The translations under genes and the position numbers were made by a program. From Nitrosomonas europaea (GTDB lineage: Bacteria > Pseudomonadota > Gammaproteobacteria > Burkholderiales > Nitrosomonadaceae), in NCBI RefSeq assembly GCF_900167395.1, contig NZ_FUWK01000013.1:20798-52797 (forward strand): a stretch of 32,000 nt of DNA, given 5' to 3'. The notes under the pieces are model-generated. The model saw only the letters and a list, made by a program, of their open reading frames with translations, did not search any database and had not been told where the DNA came from. The stretch's first letter is position 1. Each line of letters starts with the position of its first letter. Shown here in pieces: positions 1-9,069 of the stretch.

Positions 1-48
1 CTGCTTTGAGCAGGTGTTGCAAAGCACAAGAGTGTGTGCATTTCAGTT

Positions 49-67
49 GTTAATGATAATTATTATT
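49..67 (+). promoter_or_regulatory. Fur-box-like operator upstream of a TonB-dependent receptor gene
   Basis: gttaatgataattattatt matches 16 of 19 positions of the classical Fur consensus GATAATGATAATCATTATC (hand alignment). It lies about 60 nt upstream of the ATG at 126. Confidence 0.6.
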
Positions 68-125
68 GTTATCTTGTATGATATTGGCACGTAAATGACA
101 ACTGTTAAATTGTACGAGTGGCATC

Positions 126-2393
126 ATGAAACAATATTCAGGGACACAACCGGGATCGAGGTTATTTTTCATACCGTGGCGCACAGCCTGCTCAGGCTCA
201 ATGTTTATGCTGGTTTTTTTCATGGCCAGTCAAATTTGTTACGCACAATCCGCCACACCGGGGGCAACATTACTGAAGCCGATCGTCATTACTGCCCCAC
301 GTGAGGAAGATTCATTTTCTTCTCGTACCAAACTTGAATCACTGCCGGGCGGGACTTCATACATCGCTGCGGAAGAGATGCCGGGTGCGGCAAATCTGAC
401 GGCATCGAAGGCATTTTTTGGAACGCCTGGCCTGATCGTGCAGGATTTTTTCGGAGGGAATGATCAGCCCCGTATCCAGATTCGCGGTTCGGGCCTGCAG
501 CAGAATCCGGTAGAGCGGGGGATTCTGGTACTGCAAAACGGTCTTCCTATCAACCGTGCTGATGGATCCTATATCGTTGGTTTCATCAATCCCCGCCAGG
601 CAGAAGCGATCGAAGTCTATCGGGGCTATATGGCAAACCGGCTGAGTGCAAATGTACTGGGCGGAGCATTGAATTTCATTTCCCCGTCAGGTATTACTTC
701 ACCGAATACCCGGATGATGATCAGTGGAGGCAGTTTCGGACAATTGAATCTTTCCGGTCAGGCAGGCGCTACCTCGGGCGATTTCGATGGTCTGATCCAG
801 GCCGATTTCAACCGGCGGGACGGCTATCGCGACTACAATGATTCCAGACGTTTCAGTGTCAGCGGGAATGCTGGCTGGCATCTTTCCGAGGATGTTACGA
901 CTCGGCTGTTCGCGAGTTATACCGACCTCGGTTTCGATGTGGCCGGACCACTTTCGAAGGATCAATTGAAAAGCAGCCCCAGAAGTGTTTCTGCCGGTCC
1001 CGTCGTCATACCTGCCGGTGCAATCTACCCCGGGCCAAACGTCATTCGCGACCAGCCTGAGCGAACAGCCAGTCAGTTCCTGGTCGGATCGAGGACCACA
1101 CTTCAGTTCGATAGACATATTCTGGATCTTGCCCTGGGATTTACCCATACGGATGATACATTCCGCTTTCCGGTTTCATCCGGGATACGTGAAACCCGCG
1201 GCAGTGATCTGACGGGTGTCATCCGGTATACCATCGAATCGACAGATAAAAATGCACTGCCGATATTTGAATCGGCGGCGTACTACACGGCAGGATGGGC
1301 CGATCGGAAAAATTATCTGAACCGATCCGGTACGAAAGGGGAACATTTCGGTTCAAACAAGCTCGATGCAACAACATTGTCGCTGCATGCCAACCTCAAT
1401 ATTCCGATTCATCGGAATCTGACGCTGACTCCTGCCATTTCGTATTCTCGTGCAACCCGCGATAACAAAGATACCTATGATTCGCCTACCCGGCCAACAT
1501 TGGCTTACCGGCCCAATGATCCGACTCAGCTGCTTCCGGGTGGTGCAGTTCCCTACGATAGTACGCGCTACAAACGATCGTTCGACAGTTGGAACCCGAG
1601 CCTGGCGATGACTTTCCGTCCGGCTGCCGGCCAGACCCTGTTCACCGCGATCAGCCAAAGCTTCGAACCCCCCACCCATGATGATCTGCTGGCAACCGTG
1701 AACGGCACACCCAACAGCAGTGCGGGACGTCCCAATCCGGCCAATTCCGCATTACCGGCCGCTGTATTCGTAACGCCCGATCTGAAAGCCCAGACAGCAA
1801 TGACGCTTGAAGGAGGATGGCGCGGAAGCCACGGTATTTTCACCTGGGATGCGGTGGCCTATTACGCGTGGATCGATAATGAGCTTCTGAGTTTGCGGGA
1901 TGAGTCCGGTGTATCACTCGGTTCTGTCAATGCCGATAAAACCACGCACCTTGGAATTGAACTCGGCCTGAAAGCACAATTGACCGAGCACCTGCTTGCC
2001 CGGATAGCCTATACCTATCAGGATTTCCGCTTCGATAACGATCCGGTGAGAAACAACAATCAGCTGGCGGGTGCGCCTCCTCATTTCATTCAGACACAGC
2101 TGCAGGCACGGATCATCGGGAATCTGGTGATGCAGGCTGCCGTAAAATGGGTGCCTGCCAGAATCCCGGTCGATAATATGAATACTCTGTACGTCGATCC
2201 CTATGCCATCCTTGATCTTCGCGCCGAATACAGATTCAATCGCAACTTCACCGTTTTCGGTGAAACGACCAATCTGTTCAACAAGACCTACGCTTCATCG
2301 TCACTGGTCGTCGATCAGGCAAGAAGTGACCAGGCCGTATTTCTTCCCGGAGATGGACGGGCCTTTTTTGCCGGAATCAAAGCGACATTCTGA
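126..2393 (+). CDS. TonB-dependent outer-membrane receptor (no N-terminal signalling extension)
   Basis: 755-aa ORF with a hydrophobic signal-like segment ending in AQS. Plug-domain-type motifs are present (PRIQIRGSG, ILVLQNGLPINRADG, IEVYRG). A long Gly/Tyr/Asp-rich barrel region ends in the typical C-terminal aromatic residue (AGIKATF). A Fur-like box lies upstream. Confidence 0.9.
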   Translation: MKQYSGTQPGSRLFFIPWRTACSGSMFMLVFFMASQICYAQSATPGATLLKPIVITAPREEDSFSSRTKLESLPGGTSYIAAEEMPGAANLTASKAFFGTPGLIVQDFFGGNDQPRIQIRGSGLQQNPVERGILVLQNGLPINRADGSYIVGFINPRQAEAIEVYRGYMANRLSANVLGGALNFISPSGITSPNTRMMISGGSFGQLNLSGQAGATSGDFDGLIQADFNRRDGYRDYNDSRRFSVSGNAGWHLSEDVTTRLFASYTDLGFDVAGPLSKDQLKSSPRSVSAGPVVIPAGAIYPGPNVIRDQPERTASQFLVGSRTTLQFDRHILDLALGFTHTDDTFRFPVSSGIRETRGSDLTGVIRYTIESTDKNALPIFESAAYYTAGWADRKNYLNRSGTKGEHFGSNKLDATTLSLHANLNIPIHRNLTLTPAISYSRATRDNKDTYDSPTRPTLAYRPNDPTQLLPGGAVPYDSTRYKRSFDSWNPSLAMTFRPAAGQTLFTAISQSFEPPTHDDLLATVNGTPNSSAGRPNPANSALPAAVFVTPDLKAQTAMTLEGGWRGSHGIFTWDAVAYYAWIDNELLSLRDESGVSLGSVNADKTTHLGIELGLKAQLTEHLLARIAYTYQDFRFDNDPVRNNNQLAGAPPHFIQTQLQARIIGNLVMQAAVKWVPARIPVDNMNTLYVDPYAILDLRAEYRFNRNFTVFGETTNLFNKTYASSSLVVDQARSDQAVFLPGDGRAFFAGIKATF

Positions 2394-2526
2394 AAAATTA
2401 GATGGCGCCTGTTCCGGTTGTATTGAGGATCGGCAAATTGATGAGAAGCTGGCAGAGAAAAACCGCATTCCCAAGCGCACTCTCAAAAATGACAATCAAC
2501 AACGGGTGTTTTTCAGGGGTGACTAT

Positions 2527-4140
2527 TTACATTCCAAGCATACTTTTTGCCTCGGCTATCTCAGGGCGCGGGCTGTCAGCATGTTCAGCCAACTTAAGCA
2601 GTAACTCCGCGTAGTGATCAGCTTTCTGTTCATTGCCAGCTTGCTTTGCATTTTGAGCTGCTCCTGCAATCGTACGATAGCGATTGGGGTGCTGTTCAAG
2701 AACTTTCTCGAACTCGGCAAGTGCATCAGCCGGTTTACGGTCACGTTCAAGTATCGTTGCCAGCATCTCTCGCGCCGGGACGACTGGCCCGGGGGTGACG
2801 ACGTTCTTTGCGCTTGCATCTTCACGCTCTGCCGCCCGGTGCAGTATTGCGATTCCCTCATCACGTTTGCCTTCTGCAAAATCTGCCAGTCCGCGCACTA
2901 CTTCAGCCTGGATATCGATCTGGTCGGCCCAATAGTTCAATTTCATAGCTGTTGCCGCATCGCGAAGTTTAATCAACCGCTTCGCCTCAAAGTTCGCCTT
3001 GGCCGGCTCTCCACTCATCGCTGAACCGACACCGCGGGCAAACGCGTTGACTGCTTCAGCCTGCGGATATTTCTTCCATGGGTAGGTATCCCGCGCATAC
3101 AGCGGCAAATCTGCTGCTTCCCGCCAGGCCCTGCGTTCCAGAGCAATCCTTGCAGGGATAGCAGCGTACGGATAGGCGACCCCAATCATGTCGATCCCGT
3201 GTCTAACTTGTTCCTGCTCCATGATTTTTCGTGCCGCGAGATCCTGGCCTAACTGTAGATGGGCATATACCATGTAGTCGGATGCGTGATGTCCATCGTG
3301 GGTGATCGAGTCATCAGCCATCTCGGCCGCGCGGCGGTTTGTATCGATCGATTCTTGCCAGAAGCCTGTGAGAGTAAAGATGTGCGATGGCATATGCAGA
3401 GAGTGAGGCGTGTCCGGAGCGATTTTCGCGTACTTCCTCGCAGCATCGATTCCACGCTTGGCCAACGGTGGATAGTCATAACTGTGAATCAGATAGTGTG
3501 CTACTCCAGGATGGTTAGGCTCCCGGGCGAAGATCGGCTCAAGTAGCTCGGCGGCGTGTAATTGGTTGCGATAGGTCTTGTCAGTGGGATCGAAGTTTCT
3601 TGAGAGAATGAGCGCATACAATACAGTTGCCTCACTGTCGTCGGCATTTTGTTGCGCCAGCTGTGCCATCGCTTTTTCGAAGGACTCAGCTCTTTCCCGA
3701 TAGTTCGTGGTGTTCAGATCTTTGAAGAATATTGCGAGTGCATCGACATAGTCTCGTTCTCTCTGAGTCTTGAGCCCGGCCTTGCGCGCGGCATCAAGTA
3801 ATACCGGCCCCTCAGCTATTGCTTTTTCTGACAAAGTGACTGGCCAGGCAAATGGGTTATCGAGCATCGCCAGAGCCTTTACCCAATGAGCCATACCGCA
3901 AGTGGGATCGACCTTGAGTACGTCATCAGCCGTTGCAATCACACGTTGCCACTGAAAAGAGTGATAGTATGCCACCGCTACATTAAACTTGGCTTGTGCC
4001 GTAGCGTTGCACTCTACTTTAAAGTGAACATCGCCAATCACGGCTGGATGTGAGCCTTTATCATCTGCTCTTGCAACTTGAGTCAGTACCAGTGCCAGAA
4101 GTGTCGATACTAATACTGTACGTTTCCTTACGGATCTCAT
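2527..4140 (-). CDS. Exported TPR-like / helical-repeat protein of unknown function
   Basis: 537-aa ORF. An SD (aaggaga) precedes the ATG. Signal peptide is MRSVRKRTVLVSTLLALVLTQVARA. The body is helical-repeat-like with a conserved-looking His-rich core (HPGVAHYLIHSYDYP, HSLHMPSHIF). It is the last gene of a same-strand cluster. Confidence 0.75.
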   Translation of the reverse strand: MRSVRKRTVLVSTLLALVLTQVARADDKGSHPAVIGDVHFKVECNATAQAKFNVAVAYYHSFQWQRVIATADDVLKVDPTCGMAHWVKALAMLDNPFAWPVTLSEKAIAEGPVLLDAARKAGLKTQRERDYVDALAIFFKDLNTTNYRERAESFEKAMAQLAQQNADDSEATVLYALILSRNFDPTDKTYRNQLHAAELLEPIFAREPNHPGVAHYLIHSYDYPPLAKRGIDAARKYAKIAPDTPHSLHMPSHIFTLTGFWQESIDTNRRAAEMADDSITHDGHHASDYMVYAHLQLGQDLAARKIMEQEQVRHGIDMIGVAYPYAAIPARIALERRAWREAADLPLYARDTYPWKKYPQAEAVNAFARGVGSAMSGEPAKANFEAKRLIKLRDAATAMKLNYWADQIDIQAEVVRGLADFAEGKRDEGIAILHRAAEREDASAKNVVTPGPVVPAREMLATILERDRKPADALAEFEKVLEQHPNRYRTIAGAAQNAKQAGNEQKADHYAELLLKLAEHADSPRPEIAEAKSMLGM

Positions 4141-4183
4141 TCCAGTCTCCTTGGTGTTGTTTTAGGATTCGAGGTAAGCAGAC

Positions 4184-4220
4184 GTAAAACACTGAAGCAG
4201 TCAGTGCTTTAGTGTTTTAC
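4184..4220 (-). promoter_or_regulatory. Strong intercistronic stem-loop between the PD40 and TPR genes
   Basis: gtaaaacactgaagca / tgctttagtgttttac forms a 16-bp stem with one mismatch and a 5-nt loop. There is no clear U-tail, so it may be a processing, attenuation or stability element rather than a classical terminator. Confidence 0.4.
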
Positions 4221-4236
4221 TCCAGTAAATTTCGAC

Positions 4237-5286
4237 TCAGCCTTTGTTGCTGTTGACAAGCAGGTTGGGTGGAGGGCCGATCGGATCGAATGTTTTCAAC
4301 AAGGGAATATCCTCTTTGCTTATCCAGCGGATATCCGTATCAAACGTGTTTTGTGGTCCCCAGCTGCCGGTAAATTTCTTACCATCAGGCGTGAACGTCC
4401 AGCACATTTCCTCACCCGGAGTATTGATGACATCACCGAGATTGATCGGTTTTTGCCATTCTCCCCTGGCATCCTGATGTGAGATCCACATATCGTGCCC
4501 ACCCCGGGAATCAGGATCGATCCGTGTGCTGGTGATGACCATACTTTTGCCATCTTTCGATACCCCGGTCCAGTGCATGTGGTCACGCTGCGGAGAATTG
4601 ATTTTCGCCCCCAGGCTCACCGGCTTCTGCCATACACCATCCTTTTTCTCGACTTTCCAGATATCACTCTCTTGTGTAACCCCAGGCTGGCTGTAATTGA
4701 AATAAATCAGGCTGTCAGAAACGATGATCGGACAATGCTCTTCGCCGGTCAGCGTATTGATACTGGGTAGTTCCGGCACATCGTTCCAGTTTTTAGCTGA
4801 TTGCCATACACCATTCACTTTCTGGACGACGTATAAGTCACCTGACAATAAATCACCAGGCTCATATCTCGTGAAATAAATGACATTGCCATCATCTGAA
4901 AAACTGGGCTCGAGCTCCCAGGCCGACGTATTGATATTCGGCCCTACAGTGGGATCGATGTCAGCACCGAGATGAACAGGTTCCTGCCACACACCATCCA
5001 CATTTCGCGCCATCCATATATCGAAATTGTAAGGAGTGCCAGATGATTCGACACTGCCCTCGCGGGTCGAAACGAAAATAGCTGTTTTACCATCGGCACT
5101 GTAAGTGATCTCTATTTCCGAACCCGGCGAGTTGATGGGTGCGCCCATATCTTTCGATACAGCTGGTGGCTCAGTCACTCCACTACTTTCGGCTCCATGC
5201 ATGCCCGGCATGGCATACGACAGATTACTCGCCAGTACTAAAACCGGTAACGCAGAACAATATTTCATAACAGTGCTGTCTTTCAT
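4237..5286 (-). CDS. Exported PD40/TolB-like beta-propeller repeat protein
   Basis: 349-aa ORF. An SD (aagaggag) precedes the ATG and the N-terminus looks like a signal peptide. Repeats of the type SPG/E..ITYSADGKTAIFVSTR, PSFSDDGNVIYFT, VSKDGKSMVITSTR and FTPDGKKF are typical of WD40-like PD40 propeller blades. Confidence 0.8.
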   Translation of the reverse strand: MKDSTVMKYCSALPVLVLASNLSYAMPGMHGAESSGVTEPPAVSKDMGAPINSPGSEIEITYSADGKTAIFVSTREGSVESSGTPYNFDIWMARNVDGVWQEPVHLGADIDPTVGPNINTSAWELEPSFSDDGNVIYFTRYEPGDLLSGDLYVVQKVNGVWQSAKNWNDVPELPSINTLTGEEHCPIIVSDSLIYFNYSQPGVTQESDIWKVEKKDGVWQKPVSLGAKINSPQRDHMHWTGVSKDGKSMVITSTRIDPDSRGGHDMWISHQDARGEWQKPINLGDVINTPGEEMCWTFTPDGKKFTGSWGPQNTFDTDIRWISKEDIPLLKTFDPIGPPPNLLVNSNKG

Positions 5287-5519
5287 TCTGTTTCTCCTCT
5301 TTAGGTTAAATGCAATCTACTTACCATTAGCTTGGCAAGATAAATGGTTTGCATCGAAAAACGTATGGGATTCAAACCATATTTCCTGGTAAATATCTTT
5401 GCCAGGAATTCGACAATGTCACCAGAACCGACTTCATCATGCTCTCTGATTTCATTGATAATCGAACTGAATATCAGCCCGCGCGCAAAAGCTCTGACAT
5501 CCGGTATATCGGTAGAAAA

Positions 5520-6155
5520 TTAATTCACTATTCGTCTGAGGTTATAAAAGAAAGCCGCAACTACGCCCAGTACCAGCATCGGCCAGTATGGGACAAAAGG
5601 CTCATACCATTTCGTACCGATGGTGACGGGTATATCCAGATGGAACTCAGACTGGTATTCATCCGTGCCGGAGAGCTGAAGCACGTATTCCCCTGATTCA
5701 TCGATACGAACTTCCTGCGAAATAATGCCTGACTGATAATTTCTGGCGGGAATCGACAAGAGCGGTTCCATTATTCTTTCGCCATTCTTTCTGGCCAGAC
5801 TGACTGCTACCGGCTGTTCCCGTATGGAGGCCGGATACAGCAGATCGACAGTGATACTGAGCAGGCCGGGGCCCGGTACTTTGTCACACAAAACAGGGAC
5901 GACAGATAGGGCGCTCATTGAATCATCCGGTATTTCATAATCGACAGGGATGAAATAAGCGGAGTACCCGACCAGCAGCGTGTCGGATTCGATCGTGCAG
6001 GTACCACCGCGAAAACCCTTGGGATAAGTGTCCGACATACTCCCTTGTGAATTAACATGGAACTGCATCCCGATCAGCACGATACCGGTCAGTATGCAAA
6101 GGGCAATAAAAAGGCGCTGAATATTGATCGATAAGTTTTGCCAGATTGTGATCAT
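5520..6155 (-). CDS. Hypothetical bitopic membrane protein (TM at both N- and C-terminus)
   Basis: The ORF track gives 5520..6188. The internal ATG at 6155 (MITIWQNL...) is preferred because a GGAGG lies 5 nt upstream. Hydrophobic helices are LFIALCILTGIVLIGM and WPMLVLGVVAAFFY. I recognise no family. Confidence 0.6.
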   Translation of the reverse strand: MITIWQNLSINIQRLFIALCILTGIVLIGMQFHVNSQGSMSDTYPKGFRGGTCTIESDTLLVGYSAYFIPVDYEIPDDSMSALSVVPVLCDKVPGPGLLSITVDLLYPASIREQPVAVSLARKNGERIMEPLLSIPARNYQSGIISQEVRIDESGEYVLQLSGTDEYQSEFHLDIPVTIGTKWYEPFVPYWPMLVLGVVAAFFYNLRRIVN

Positions 6156-6378
6156 GTTGCCTCCTCGGAACTGTTTCAGATGATTCACACGAAAGTAAGC
6201 CGGATTGGCCTACTTAGCTTTTGATACTTAGTGATACTTGGCCAGGAAGTACAGATTGACTGAGCGTTACATAGAAAATCTGGTGCAGTCGTCATCAGAT
6301 CTCCGTAATAAATAAGTTACAGGAAGGAATTTCATATATTCGTACCTGATATTCAGGATTATTCGGCATTTTTTCTAT

Positions 6379-6400
6379 AAGTAGACTGATCAGTCTACTT
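6379..6400. promoter_or_regulatory. Perfect 22-bp palindrome in a divergent intergenic region (candidate operator)
   Basis: aagtagactgatcagtctactt is a perfect inverted repeat. It lies in the 460-bp AT-rich spacer between the minus-strand cluster and the USP gene. Confidence 0.4.
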
Positions 6401-6665
6401 GTGGAAAAGAATATACCTGAAATAGTGGGATGACAAGATTAGATAAATGAATGTCTGATCCTGGGTTGTTTGAATATTTTCTTATTTTTCTTATTCATAA
6501 GATTGAGGACTGAATCCTGATATCCAGCATTTTTGAGATATTCCCGGGATGGGAAGGTTATAAATACGATACAGGTGTTTCTCTGCAGCACCCGCCTCAT
6601 AGATCTGGCAAAAGGGGATGAGTGAATCTATACTTATCCGATGACCTGTGAACAGGGGTATCCAT

Positions 6666-7628
6666 ATGATCAGACGGACACTTATCCCGTTGGATGGCTC
6701 TGAACTGGCGGAGCGAGCCATTCCTCATCTGCTGCGTTTCGTCGAACCGGATCAGACTGAACTGCTGCTGATGGCGGCATTGTCATCCACTTCTTCTTCC
6801 TTGTTTGAGGATACCGCCAGATTGCTCATGTCAGGGCAAACGGCTCTGTCGAAGGGACATGAAGCAGGTAAGCGAGTGGATATCGTGGCGCAGCAACTTC
6901 GTCAGACCGGTTTCAATGTGGCGAACCGGCTCCTGTCGGGAGCGCCGGCTGCAAGCATTCTGCATCTGGCAGAAGAGGCATATGTTGATCTGATTGCCAT
7001 GTCAACACATGGCAGAACCGGTCTGGGGCAGGTGCTGCTCGGCAGCGTGGCAGACGAAGTAGTACGTAATGCCCGTCCACCGGTATTTTTAGTGCCTGCC
7101 GCAGTGGTGGTGAAACCTGATTCTTTACCTCGTACCATTCTTCTGCCACTCGACGGTACTCCTCTGGCAGAGACGGCCATTCCCGTTGCCAGCCAGTTTG
7201 CGCAGAATACGGGAGCAACTATCTATCTGATCCGTGTCGTTGAACCGGGTGATTCCGGGGATGAACTGCAGGATGCGCAAATACTTGCCGGTTCGGATTA
7301 TGCCGGCGAACAACCCATCATCCGGCAGGCGATCAGCTATCTGGAACGGATACGGTTGCGGTTGCAACTGGCGGGTGTTTCGTCCTGCAGCCGGATTGCA
7401 GCCGGCGATCCGGCTGATGTCATTGCTCGCATCGTGCATGCAGAAGATGCCGATCTGATCGTGATGAGTACGCATGGCCGGTCAGGTATGGAGCGTATGG
7501 TTCATGGCAGTGTCGTCAGCCGGATCATTGGTAATACGATCTGTCCACTGTTGCTGATGCGTGGAAGGGTACCTGTCGAGGCTTATGAACGTACTGGTAA
7601 CGAAGTATCGGCGGTTTCTTTCTGCTGA
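6666..7628 (+). CDS. Tandem-domain universal stress protein (UspA family)
   Basis: There are two USP-like halves. Each starts with ...LPLDGS/T..AE.AIP and ends with DLI.MSTHGR(T/S)G......GSV...V. The ORF track starts at GTG 6648. ATG 6666 is preferred because a GGGG SD-like run lies 7 nt upstream. Confidence 0.85.
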   Translation: MIRRTLIPLDGSELAERAIPHLLRFVEPDQTELLLMAALSSTSSSLFEDTARLLMSGQTALSKGHEAGKRVDIVAQQLRQTGFNVANRLLSGAPAASILHLAEEAYVDLIAMSTHGRTGLGQVLLGSVADEVVRNARPPVFLVPAAVVVKPDSLPRTILLPLDGTPLAETAIPVASQFAQNTGATIYLIRVVEPGDSGDELQDAQILAGSDYAGEQPIIRQAISYLERIRLRLQLAGVSSCSRIAAGDPADVIARIVHAEDADLIVMSTHGRSGMERMVHGSVVSRIIGNTICPLLLMRGRVPVEAYERTGNEVSAVSFC

Positions 7629-7664
7629 CTGTCAGGGTTGAGCAAGTTCTGAATCACCAGGTAG

Positions 7665-7689
7665 TTGTAACAACCTGTATTTCAAACTG
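7665..7689 (+). repeat. Direct repeat copy A (ttgtaacaacctg core) flanking the DUF3147 gene
   Basis: ttgtaacaacctgtatttcaaactg matches 8328-8352 at 21 of 25 positions (hand alignment). caacctg pairs with caggttg at 7700-7706. Confidence 0.5.
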
Positions 7690-7690
7690 T

Positions 7691-7812
7691 ATTGACCAGC
7701 AGGTTGCGGAATTAAAGCAAAGAGTCATGGCAGGGGAACAAAAAGCATTGCTCGTCCGCAACTTTGTTATCAGCCGTGAGACGTTATACTAGTATCTGAA
7801 AACGGTAGACTG
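7691..7812 (+). pseudogene. Remnant of a resolvase/invertase-type HTH (C-terminal fragment with an in-frame TAG)
   Basis: The frame translates to IDQQVAELKQRVMAGEQKALLVRNFVISRETLY*YLKTVD*. The pattern ..AGE....L...F.ISR.TLY(R/Q)YLK resembles the C-terminal HTH of serine recombinases. There is no start codon, no catalytic domain, and an internal stop where R/Q is expected. Confidence 0.35.
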
Positions 7813-7949
7813 AATATGGTCGTTGCAACGACCGTCGCCTGAACTACCATGACGTTCTTAATGGATTCCTTTTGAGAACGATATCTATGTCATTTTTACA
7901 GTATTAAGTTTGCATGACTGAAGAAATACCTTTTTGAATTTCACCTCAC

Positions 7950-8300
7950 ATGACCTGGATCCTTACCAAATACTTTATAACTGCAGCAGTTGTTGTGATC
8001 GTCTCAGAATTTGCAAAACGCAGTGACAAGCTCGGAGCCTTGGTCGCTGCACTGCCAATGGTAACGATCCTCACGTTGATCTGGCTTCATGTAGAAAATC
8101 AGCCGGAAACCAAAATTGCCAATCATGCGTGGTATACATTCTGGTATGTCGTGCCAACGCTCCCGATGTTCCTGATTTTCCCATTCTTGCTGCAACACTT
8201 CGGATTTTGGCTTGCTCTGACACTCAGTGCTTTCATTACGATCGCCTGTTTCGGAGTTTTTGCCCTCCTGGTCCGCAGGTATGGGATTAATCTCATGTAA
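7950..8300 (+). CDS. DUF3147-family small membrane protein
   Basis: 116 aa with four hydrophobic helices. The N-terminal pattern KYFITAAVVVIVSEFAKRS..LGALVAALPMVTILTLIWL matches my recollection of DUF3147 proteins. Confidence 0.75.
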   Translation: MTWILTKYFITAAVVVIVSEFAKRSDKLGALVAALPMVTILTLIWLHVENQPETKIANHAWYTFWYVVPTLPMFLIFPFLLQHFGFWLALTLSAFITIACFGVFALLVRRYGINLM

Positions 8301-8327
8301 TACAGATACTTTAGAAAAGCTTCATGC

Positions 8328-8400
8328 TTGTAACAACCTGCAATTCAAGCTAGCCGATCTATAATGAATGCTATCCAGGTTGAAGTTCAGGTTGTTACAG
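8328..8400 (+). repeat. Direct repeat copy B plus its inverted partner (hairpin-forming element)
   Basis: ttgtaacaacctgcaattcaagcta (8328-8352) repeats 7665-7689. tgtaacaacctg (8329-8340) has a perfect 12-bp inverted partner caggttgttaca (8388-8399), 47 nt away. Confidence 0.5.
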
Positions 8401-8556
8401 GTAGTGTTTCAGAGATGTTGGAGCGTACATCGTAAGGTGTATGAAACAGTAGTGGAATATCCGGAATGGCAGAAGAGTTACCGCAATTTATCGTAGTATC
8501 CCAATAGCCCGATATAATCGGGCTATTGAATAATATGGCTTGAAACTGGAAAAATC

Positions 8557-9033
8557 ATGGTTTGGGTAATTGGATTGATCGTGCTGATACTGCTGATCGT
8601 ATCAGCATGGTTCCGTAAGGTGGCAGTGAGCGTGATCATTGTTACCGGGGTGGTCGGCAGTCTCATTTATGTTCTGAATGAACGTGAGGAAGAGCGCGCT
8701 CTTTCCCGTATCTCGCTGGCGGAACTGGATTTTGAAAATGTGGCACTCAAGCCCAGTTACAGTGGATACAAGCTGTCTGGTCGTATCAAAAACAATTCAC
8801 AGGAATTTACACTCAAGCAGGTCAATCTGCTGATCATCATGCAGGATTGCACCGGTACACCGGATTCTCAGGACTGTGTGACTATCGGGGAAAGTCACGA
8901 GAATATGGATCTCAACATTCCACCCGGTCAGGCCCGTGACTTTGAAAAATCCCTGTATTTTCCCGGGGGCAACCTCAAACTCCTGGGTAAACTGGAGTGG
9001 AATTACTCTGTTTCCGGGATAAAGGGTGAATAA
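8557..9033 (+). CDS. Hypothetical membrane-anchored protein
   Basis: 158-aa ORF with two N-terminal hydrophobic helices followed by a soluble domain. I recognise no family. Confidence 0.55.
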   Translation: MVWVIGLIVLILLIVSAWFRKVAVSVIIVTGVVGSLIYVLNEREEERALSRISLAELDFENVALKPSYSGYKLSGRIKNNSQEFTLKQVNLLIIMQDCTGTPDSQDCVTIGESHENMDLNIPPGQARDFEKSLYFPGGNLKLLGKLEWNYSVSGIKGE

Positions 9034-9069
9034 TCGTTACTGAGCTGAGAACAATGTGTAAGTTTTTCC

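Noticed and set aside
5105-5696. Plus-strand ORFs 5105-5392 and 5349-5696 spanning the spacer between minus-strand genes.
   Set aside because: They overlap well-supported minus-strand genes, lack SDs and have implausible composition.
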